Below, in pieces: positions 54,354 to 64,000 of a stretch of 64,000 nt of DNA. The translations under genes and the position numbers were made by a program. Source of the stretch: an uncultured Prolixibacteraceae bacterium (GTDB lineage Bacteria > Bacteroidota > Bacteroidia > Bacteroidales > FEN-979); assembly GCA_964455285.1 (NCBI GenBank), contig CAYVVG010000012.1, positions 672-64,671 of the forward strand, written 5' to 3'. Positions within the stretch are counted from its first letter, which is position 1. Each line of letters starts with the position of its first letter. Under the pieces are notes generated by a model, which was not told the origin of the DNA, searched no databases, and saw only the letters and a list, made by a program, of their open reading frames with translations.

Positions 54354-56549
54354 ATGAATGGAATAATAAAAACCTTCAACCTGCCCGATGGTCGGGAGGT
54401 CATGATCGAAACCGGCAAGCTGGCCAAGCAGGCCGACGGCTCCGTGGTTGTCAAGATGGGCGATACCATGTTGCTCGCCACCGTGGTTGCCATGCAGGAT
54501 GCCAAGGAGAATGTCGATTTCATGCCGTTAACCGTTGAATACCGTGAAAAATATGCTGCCGCCGGACGTTTCCCGGGTGGCTTTTTCAAGCGTGAAGCGC
54601 GTCCGTCGGACTACGAGATCCTCATCTCGCGGCTCATCGACCGTGCCCTGCGCCCGCTTTTTCCCGACGATTTTCACGCCGAAGTCCAGGTGATCGTAAC
54701 CCTGATCTCGGCCGACACCAACTTCCTGCCCGATGCCCTCGCCTGCCTGGCGGCTTCCTCGGCACTGACGGTCAGCAACATTCCCTTCCACGGACCGATC
54801 TCGGAGGTGCGCGTCGCCCGCATCGACGGCCAGCTGGTGATCAACCCCACCATCGATTCGATGACCAATGCCGACATCGACATCATCGTGGCAGCTTCGA
54901 TGAAGGACATTGTGATGGTCGAGGGTGAGATGAAAGAGGTATCCGAAGACGACATGGTGGAAGCGATCCGATTCGCCCACGAAGCCATTAAAGTGCAGTG
55001 CCGCATCCAGACCGAACTCGGCGACCTGGTCGAGAAGTCGAAGACCAAGCGTGAATACTGTCACGAGGTGAACGATCCGGCCTTTAAAGAACGGGTGCGC
55101 CAGGCCACGTACGGAAAGATTTATGAGATGGCTTCTGCCGGCATCGCCAACAAGCAGGAGCGGAAGCGGATCCTCGATTCGATCAAGGAGGACTTTGTTG
55201 CCACCCTGACCGAAGAGGAACTCGCGGCAACCGCACCCATGCTCGGGCGTTATTATCATGATATTGAGAAGGAAGCCATCCGCAATGCCACGATGGACAA
55301 ACGCCGGCGGGTCGACGGTCGCGGGCTCGACGAGATCCGTCCGATCTGGTCAGAGGTTGACTATCTCCCGGCCGCTCATGGTTCGGCGATCTTCACCCGC
55401 GGTGAAACACAGTCGCTGACCACGGTGACACTCGGCACCAAACTGGACCAGCAGTCCATCGACGGCGCCATCATCGAAGGCAAATCCAGTTTCCTGCTAC
55501 ATTACAACTTTCCCTCTTTCGCCACCGGCGAAGTGAAACCCATCCGGAGCACGGGCCGCCGCGAGATCGGCCACGGCAACCTGGCCCTCAGGGCGCTGAA
55601 AAGCGTGATCCCGCAGGAGCCCGAAAACCTTTACACCATCCGCGTGGTTTCCGATATCCTCGAATCCAACGGCAGTTCTTCCATGGCCACTGTGTGCGCG
55701 GGAACGCTGGCTCTGATGGACGCCGGTATCAAGATCGCAAAGCCCGTGTCGGGGATCGCCATGGGGCTCATCACCGACAGCAAACGGTACGTCGTCCTTT
55801 CCGATATCCTGGGCGATGAAGACCACCTGGGCGACATGGACTTCAAGGTATGCGGCACCCGTGACGGCATCACCGCCTGCCAGATGGACATCAAGGTAGA
55901 CGGCCTTTCGTATGACATCCTCCGCGAAGCGCTTGCCCAGGCACGCCAGGGCAGGATGTTCATCCTCGGGGAGATGCAGAAGACCATCGCCGAACCGAGG
56001 GAAGATTTCAAACCCTTCGTTCCCAGGATATTCCAGATGAAGGTTCCGAAGGAATTCATCGGCGCCATCATCGGACCGGGAGGTAAGGTGATCCAGGAGA
56101 TGCAGCGCGAAACCGGTACGACCATCGTCATCGAAGAGATCGGCGATTTTGGTGTGGTCGATATCGTGGCCGACAACCTCGAGGCCCGTAACAAGGTGAT
56201 CGAGAAGATCAAGCGGATCGCTTCCGTACCCGAGGTGGGAGAGATCTACAAAGGCAAAGTGAAGAATATTCAGTCGTTCGGCGCTTTCATCGAGATCCTT
56301 CCCAACCAGGACGGCCTTCTTCACATTTCGGAGATCGACTGGAAACGGCTCGAGAAGGTGGAAGAGGCCCTGAAAGTGGGCGACGAAGTAGAGGTGAAGC
56401 TGATCGATGTGGACCAGAAGACCGGCAAGCTGAAACTCTCCCGCCGTATCCTGCTCCCGAAACCGGAGGGCTATGTGGAGAAGAGGCACGAGCCGAGGCC
56501 CGATCGCGGGCACGGGCACGGCGGCGAAAACCGCGGCCCCAGAAATTAA
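54354..56549 (+). CDS. pnp: Polyribonucleotide nucleotidyltransferase
   Basis: Two RNase PH domains ([23 protein letters not shown]), KH (IIGPGG) and S1 domains. Confidence 0.98.
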   Translation: MNGIIKTFNLPDGREVMIETGKLAKQADGSVVVKMGDTMLLATVVAMQDAKENVDFMPLTVEYREKYAAAGRFPGGFFKREARPSDYEILISRLIDRALRPLFPDDFHAEVQVIVTLISADTNFLPDALACLAASSALTVSNIPFHGPISEVRVARIDGQLVINPTIDSMTNADIDIIVAASMKDIVMVEGEMKEVSEDDMVEAIRFAHEAIKVQCRIQTELGDLVEKSKTKREYCHEVNDPAFKERVRQATYGKIYEMASAGIANKQERKRILDSIKEDFVATLTEEELAATAPMLGRYYHDIEKEAIRNATMDKRRRVDGRGLDEIRPIWSEVDYLPAAHGSAIFTRGETQSLTTVTLGTKLDQQSIDGAIIEGKSSFLLHYNFPSFATGEVKPIRSTGRREIGHGNLALRALKSVIPQEPENLYTIRVVSDILESNGSSSMATVCAGTLALMDAGIKIAKPVSGIAMGLITDSKRYVVLSDILGDEDHLGDMDFKVCGTRDGITACQMDIKVDGLSYDILREALAQARQGRMFILGEMQKTIAEPREDFKPFVPRIFQMKVPKEFIGAIIGPGGKVIQEMQRETGTTIVIEEIGDFGVVDIVADNLEARNKVIEKIKRIASVPEVGEIYKGKVKNIQSFGAFIEILPNQDGLLHISEIDWKRLEKVEEALKVGDEVEVKLIDVDQKTGKLKLSRRILLPKPEGYVEKRHEPRPDRGHGHGGENRGPRN

Positions 56550-56617
56550 TTCCGGCGTAACCCGCCTTAGATTTTTACGTAGACTGGACCATCCATCAGA
56601 CACTTAATCCGGTTCTC

Positions 56618-57481
56618 ATGAGGCAGCTTAAAATTACCAAGCAGGTTACCAACCGTGAAACTGCATCGCTCGACAAGTACCTGCAGGAGATCGGGAAAGT
56701 GGAACTGATCACCGCCGACGAAGAGGTGTCGCTCGCCCAGAGGATCAAACAGGGCGATATGGCAGCCCTGGAAAAGCTTACCAAGGCCAACCTCCGCTTC
56801 GTCGTTTCGGTATCCAAGCAGTACCAGAACCAGGGCCTGAGCCTCCCCGACCTGATCAACGAAGGAAACCTCGGACTGATCAAAGCAGCCCAGCGTTTCG
56901 ACGAAACACGCGGGTTTAAATTCATCTCCTATGCCGTTTGGTGGATCCGCCAGTCGATTCTCCAGGCGCTGGCCGAACAATCGCGCATCGTACGTCTTCC
57001 GCTGAACAAGATCGGCTCGATCAACAAGATCAACAAAGCCTACGCCCAACTGGAACAGAAATACGAACGGGAACCCAACGCGGGAGAGATTGCATTCCTG
57101 CTGGAAGTATCTGAAAACGAGGTTAAAGAGTCGATGCGCAACTCGGGAAGGCATGTCTCCATGGATGCCCCCCTGGTCCAGGACGAGGACAACACCATGT
57201 ACGACGTCCTTCGCAGCGAAGAGAACACCACCCCCGACAACGGCCTGCTGTACGAGTCACTTAAAAAAGAGATTGAACGAGCCGTTTCCACGCTCACACA
57301 GCGGGAAGCCGACGTAGTTCGCCTGTACTTCGGGCTGAATGGAAGTCATCCCATGACCCTCGAAGAAATTGGCGAAAAGTTTGACCTCACCCGCGAACGG
57401 GTCCGGCAGATCAAGGAAAAAGCCATCCGGCGGCTCAAGCACACGTCAAGGAGCAAGATTCTGAAGACTTATCTGGGGTGA
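56618..57481 (+). CDS. rpoD: Primary RNA polymerase sigma factor, RpoD/SigA family (short Bacteroidota type)
   Basis: [57 protein letters not shown]. No region 1.1. Confidence 0.95.
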   Translation: MRQLKITKQVTNRETASLDKYLQEIGKVELITADEEVSLAQRIKQGDMAALEKLTKANLRFVVSVSKQYQNQGLSLPDLINEGNLGLIKAAQRFDETRGFKFISYAVWWIRQSILQALAEQSRIVRLPLNKIGSINKINKAYAQLEQKYEREPNAGEIAFLLEVSENEVKESMRNSGRHVSMDAPLVQDEDNTMYDVLRSEENTTPDNGLLYESLKKEIERAVSTLTQREADVVRLYFGLNGSHPMTLEEIGEKFDLTRERVRQIKEKAIRRLKHTSRSKILKTYLG

Positions 57482-57533
57482 CGGCGTGACGGTGTGACGA
57501 CGTGACAGCGTGACGGCGTGACGGCGTGACGAA
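57478..57533. repeat. 7x octamer GTGAC(G/A)(G/A)(C/T) starting at the rpoD stop codon
   Basis: gtgacggc gtgacggt gtgacgac gtgacagc gtgacggc gtgacggc gtgacgaa. Confidence 0.92.
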
Positions 57534-57560
57534 GAAACAACCGTAAATCGGAAAACGTAA

Positions 57561-58211
57561 ATGGCCATCATAGCTCCATCCCTGTTGTCAGCCGATTTTC
57601 TCAATCTGGGCAGGGATGTAGAGATGCTCAACCGGAGCGAGGCGGAGTGGTACCATCTCGACATCATGGACGGGCTCTTTGTCCCCAACATCACTTTCGG
57701 ATTCTCCGTGATCAGCCAGATACGCAGGGTCACCACCAGGATCCTCGATGTTCACCTGATGATCGTCGATCCCGTCAGGTACCTCGAGCGGTTCAGGAAA
57801 GCGGGTGCCGACATCATCAGCATCCATGCCGAAGCTTGCGACGACCCGGCTTCGGCGCTCAGGACCATCCGCGAACTGGGAGCCCGCGCCGGGATCGTGA
57901 TCAACCCGGAAACCCCTGTACATTCCATCAGCGAAATAATCGGCCTGGCCGACCTGGTGCTCATCATGTCGGTGCATCCGGGATTCGGCGGGCAGTCGTT
58001 CATCCCCGGGACCATGGACAAGCTGGCCGCGGTGCGGGATCTTATCCATACCCGTAATCTGCCGGTGACCGTCGAGGTGGATGGCGGCGTAACAACCTCC
58101 AATGCCCCCTCGCTGATCGGTGCGGGCGTGGATGTACTCGTCGCCGGCAACACCATCTTCTCTTCCCCCGACCCCCTGCAGACCATCCGGCAACTGAAAC
58201 AGTCAGCCTGA
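57561..58211 (+). CDS. rpe: Ribulose-phosphate 3-epimerase
   Basis: APSLLSADF, HLDIMDG.FVPNIT, DVHLM, MSVHPGFGGQ, VDGGV. Confidence 0.96.
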   Translation: MAIIAPSLLSADFLNLGRDVEMLNRSEAEWYHLDIMDGLFVPNITFGFSVISQIRRVTTRILDVHLMIVDPVRYLERFRKAGADIISIHAEACDDPASALRTIRELGARAGIVINPETPVHSISEIIGLADLVLIMSVHPGFGGQSFIPGTMDKLAAVRDLIHTRNLPVTVEVDGGVTTSNAPSLIGAGVDVLVAGNTIFSSPDPLQTIRQLKQSA

Positions 58212-58280
58212 CCTTCCCGATGAAAATCTTCACGACCGGATCATTTCCGGACGGATTTGTTATATTTACAAAAAAAATGC

Positions 58281-58865
58281 ATGGATTACAGGGCGGCGCA
58301 CGATTATATCACCGGCCGGCTGAAGGAGGAGCTGCATCCTTCCCTGACATACCACTGCCTGGATCACACGCTGGATGTCACTGAAGCTACCCTGCGGATT
58401 GCCGGATCGGAGAAGGCCGGGGAGCGTGAAACGCTCCTGCTGCTGACTGCGGCCGTGTACCATGACTCGGGAATGATGGTCCGTTACCAGGACCATGAGA
58501 CGGCTTCGGCCGGGCTGGCCAGCGAGACCCTGCCGCAGTTCGGGTATTCGGCGGATGAGATCGGGGAGGTTAATAAGCTGATCATGGTGACCCGGCTTCC
58601 GCAACGTCCCTCCACTCCTTCCGAAATGATCATTTGCGACGCCGACCTTGATTACCTGGGCAGGGACGATTATTTTCTGAGGGCATTCCAGTTGCAGTAT
58701 GAATGGAACCGTTTCGGGATCCTCAAAACCGACCTGAAACAGTGGCTCAGGATACAGGTCGGCTTCCTCTCCGACCATCATTATTTTACACGGTCGGCTT
58801 CCGGCCAGCGGGAGGAGACAAAACAGAAGCATCTGGCCATGCTGCTCGGGTTATGTGGAAAGTAG
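58281..58865 (+). CDS. HD-domain metal-dependent phosphohydrolase
   Basis: YHCLDHT, AAVYHDSG, HE..SA, ICDADLDYLG. Confidence 0.88.
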   Translation: MDYRAAHDYITGRLKEELHPSLTYHCLDHTLDVTEATLRIAGSEKAGERETLLLLTAAVYHDSGMMVRYQDHETASAGLASETLPQFGYSADEIGEVNKLIMVTRLPQRPSTPSEMIICDADLDYLGRDDYFLRAFQLQYEWNRFGILKTDLKQWLRIQVGFLSDHHYFTRSASGQREETKQKHLAMLLGLCGK

Positions 58866-58880
58866 CGGGCCGGAGTAAAA

Positions 58881-58968
58881 GCGGACTAGCGGACTAGCGG
58901 ACAAGCGGACTAGCGGACTAGCGGACAAGCGGACTAGCGGACTAGCGGACAAGCGGACTAGCGGACAG
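58881..58968. repeat. 11x octamer GCGGAC(T/A)A with 24-bp higher-order period
   Basis: Unit endings run (TA,TA,AA)x3, then TA, AG. Counted directly. Confidence 0.95.
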
Positions 58969-58999
58969 TTTTTTTTCTGAAAGTTATAAACCAACCCAT

Positions 59000-61926
<2,927 letters not shown>

Positions 61927-61931
61927 CCTGC

Positions 61932-62666
61932 TTATTCCACTTTACGGATGGAACCCGCGCCGGAGACCGACTGATCGACTTCGGAGGGGGATCCCTTGTA
62001 CTTGACACTTCCGGCACCGGAGATCTCAGCGCGGATCTTCTTCGACACATTCAGCTGGGCATTCCCGGCGCCGCTGATCTCAATATCGCACATCTCGGTC
62101 AGAAGATCATAGGCAAAGATGTCGGAAGCGCCCGACAGATCCATGGCCAGGCTGGCGGCCGATCCCGAAAAGCGGATCTTGCTGGCGCCGCTGCAGTCGA
62201 GAGAAAGTCGCTGAACGGCGATCTCCAGCTTCGAATCGGAAGCGCCCGAGGCATCGATGTCCAGTTCCGGAACGCTGATACGGCCTTCCGTTTCGATATC
62301 GACGGCGCCACTGACATCCATGTGGCGGAGGTCCTTTACCGTGATAAAGACCTTCATGGTCGTGGCATGGCGCACCGGCTTTTTGGTTTCCACCCTCAGG
62401 GTGTTACCCACAACCTCGGTGCGGATCACCGGAAGCAGGTTGGCATCCGCCTCTACCACTACCTCTTCAACGGTTCCCTGTTTCAGTACGATGTCGAAGG
62501 CACCCGACACGTCGATGGCATCGAACGGGCTCACCTTGCGGGTTTCCTTGAGTACGTTACCGTCGCCGCGCACGCCGCCGGCTACATTGCATCCTGCCAG
62601 TATCCCGGAGATCCCGAAAAAGAAAAGCACCAGGGTTAGCGAGGGAAAGAATCTTGTCGTTTTCAT
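61932..62666 (-). CDS. DUF2807 (head GIN domain) lipoprotein
   Basis: Lipobox LAGC, GDGNV..ETR, repeated SGAS/SGAG beta-helix units. Confidence 0.85.
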   Translation of the reverse strand: MKTTRFFPSLTLVLFFFGISGILAGCNVAGGVRGDGNVLKETRKVSPFDAIDVSGAFDIVLKQGTVEEVVVEADANLLPVIRTEVVGNTLRVETKKPVRHATTMKVFITVKDLRHMDVSGAVDIETEGRISVPELDIDASGASDSKLEIAVQRLSLDCSGASKIRFSGSAASLAMDLSGASDIFAYDLLTEMCDIEISGAGNAQLNVSKKIRAEISGAGSVKYKGSPSEVDQSVSGAGSIRKVE

Positions 62667-62696
62667 GATTGCTGTGTTTGTGTGTTATGTAATGGA

Positions 62697-63746
62697 TTAA
62701 TTCAGACTGACATCACCGTACTCGGAACGGATCACGACCTTCGACAGGGGCGATTCGCCGCCAATGGTTCCCTTCAGCGACTTTCCCGTATGGGTGACCG
62801 ACCGGTAAGAGAACCGGGCATGTTCTTCGGGATAGTCGATATCGCAGAACTTCAGCTCGGCTTCGAGGGAGTATTTCGCCTCTTTGCCCAGTCCGACATT
62901 CACATCGCCGTACTTGTTGCGGATATTCACCAGGGTAAATCCGGGAGCCATTTCCCTGACCTCGCAGTTGCCGTACTGGATATCCAGGCTGAGGCTCTGT
63001 TCGATGCGGCCGATGTCGATATCGGAGAATTTTGACCGGCTTTCCACGGCCGATGACTTCTCCATGTTCAGCTTGCCGCCTTCAAAGACGACATTCAGGG
63101 CGATGATCTTTTCGGCATCCAGGTCTGAAAATTTTGAATCAAGCCGCAGGCTGCCCGCATAATCGATATCCATTTCCGAATATTTCAGGGTCAGTACGGC
63201 GCCTTTTATCCAGTTCACCCTCGCCTTGCTGAATTTAATATCCAGCAGGTTATCGGAATTCCCCAGTTTCTTCACCTCAAGATTGCCGTACCCGAGGTCG
63301 ATCCTTGCCCTGCCCTGCACCTCGTTGATGTATATATCGCCGAATTTGTTCACGATATCGAGGTTCAGCCCGACCGGCATGGAGATCTTGTAATCGATCG
63401 AGAACCTCCCGTTGTTCGAGCCTTTCGTATCGTCGAGACGGGTGACCGCAGTGACCGCATCGGGGGTGCCGGTGATATCGATCGCGATCCGGTCGAGTTT
63501 CCGGTTGGCGGCTTCCTGGCCCGTGGCGGCAACGGTGATCGTAACCTCGATGGCAACGATGTTCTTGTCCCAGTTGGTGCAGTGAACCTTACCGAACCGG
63601 TTGTTCACCGTCAGCTGCGCATCGGCATTGACGGCAAACTCTTTGCGGATCACCCGGGAGTACTCGTCCCCGGCCTTAACTCCTTTGATGCCCAGCATGA
63701 GCAGGAAAGCGAGGATGAAGAACGAAATCTTTACGATGGGTTTCAT
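62697..63746 (-). CDS. Exported beta-strand repeat protein (DUF4097-like)
   Basis: Signal peptide, NRFGKV, NKFGDI, NKYGDV and SEYGDVSL repeats. Confidence 0.65.
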   Translation of the reverse strand: MKPIVKISFFILAFLLMLGIKGVKAGDEYSRVIRKEFAVNADAQLTVNNRFGKVHCTNWDKNIVAIEVTITVAATGQEAANRKLDRIAIDITGTPDAVTAVTRLDDTKGSNNGRFSIDYKISMPVGLNLDIVNKFGDIYINEVQGRARIDLGYGNLEVKKLGNSDNLLDIKFSKARVNWIKGAVLTLKYSEMDIDYAGSLRLDSKFSDLDAEKIIALNVVFEGGKLNMEKSSAVESRSKFSDIDIGRIEQSLSLDIQYGNCEVREMAPGFTLVNIRNKYGDVNVGLGKEAKYSLEAELKFCDIDYPEEHARFSYRSVTHTGKSLKGTIGGESPLSKVVIRSEYGDVSLN

Positions 63747-63756
63747 GGCAGCCTGG

Positions 63757-63999
63757 TTATTTGTATTTTATTTGTGTAAGACTGGTTATCAGTGTATTAA
63801 GTACTGTTTCTTTCATTTGTTGGTTTCGCACAATCGCATCGAGGATCTGTTCATTGCCCGGGTCGGCCGACAGTGATCGGCGTAATTCAACGGTGGAGGC
63901 ATCGAGTGCCCGGAGTTGGCCGTCGGCCGCCTTGCCGGCATCGCCGGTCCCTGAAATACCGGCCGACAACCGGTTCAGTGTCTTCACCTGTTCGGCGGC
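63757..63999 (-). CDS. C-terminal fragment of a hypothetical protein (possible anti-sigma-like; truncated by window edge)
   Basis: Frame is open to the edge; helical ELRRSL...NEQILDAIVRNQQMKETVL. Lies 10 bp upstream of the next gene. Confidence 0.55.
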   Translation of the reverse strand, partial: AAEQVKTLNRLSAGISGTGDAGKAADGQLRALDASTVELRRSLSADPGNEQILDAIVRNQQMKETVLNTLITSLTQIKYK

Positions 64000-64000
64000 C

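Noticed and set aside
58881-58968. Possible CRISPR array (also considered for 19062-19173 and 57478-57533)
   Set aside because: Units are 8 bp, contiguous and without unique spacers; no cas genes are present.

Overview
About 60 genes from a high-GC Bacteroidota chromosome, probably Bacteroidales. Support for this: T9SS C-terminal domains, a Bacteroidota-type primary sigma factor, many TAnnTTTG -7 promoter boxes, and signal peptides followed by Gln. Most of the window is housekeeping (feoAB, tex, recA, nth, clpB, recR, glmM, pgm, ugd, rpsO-pnp, rpoD, rpe, ligA). I see no rRNA, tRNA, CRISPR array, integrase or transposase. Three things stand out. (1) A tightly coupled five-gene operon at 45687-52747 encodes an inner-membrane protein with two ferric-reductase/NOX-like His pairs, a membrane-anchored Fe-S/FAD/NAD(P) oxidoreductase with permuted motif order, two very large signal-peptide-bearing multiheme cytochromes c (20 and 22 heme motifs) and an outer-membrane beta-barrel. 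Together these are a candidate NAD(P)H-to-cell-surface electron conduit. (2) A split SOS mutagenesis locus (dnaE2-like, dinB, LexA-like repressor) has the same tandem TGATTA-N5-TAATCA box pair, spaced 23 bp, in front of both polymerase genes. (3) A dispersed family of 7-8 bp tandem repeats sits at stop codons and start codons, and has entered the dnaE2-like gene three times in frame. One in-gene tract is the reverse complement of the tract in that gene's own leader. All functions are inferred by eye from motifs; no searches were run.
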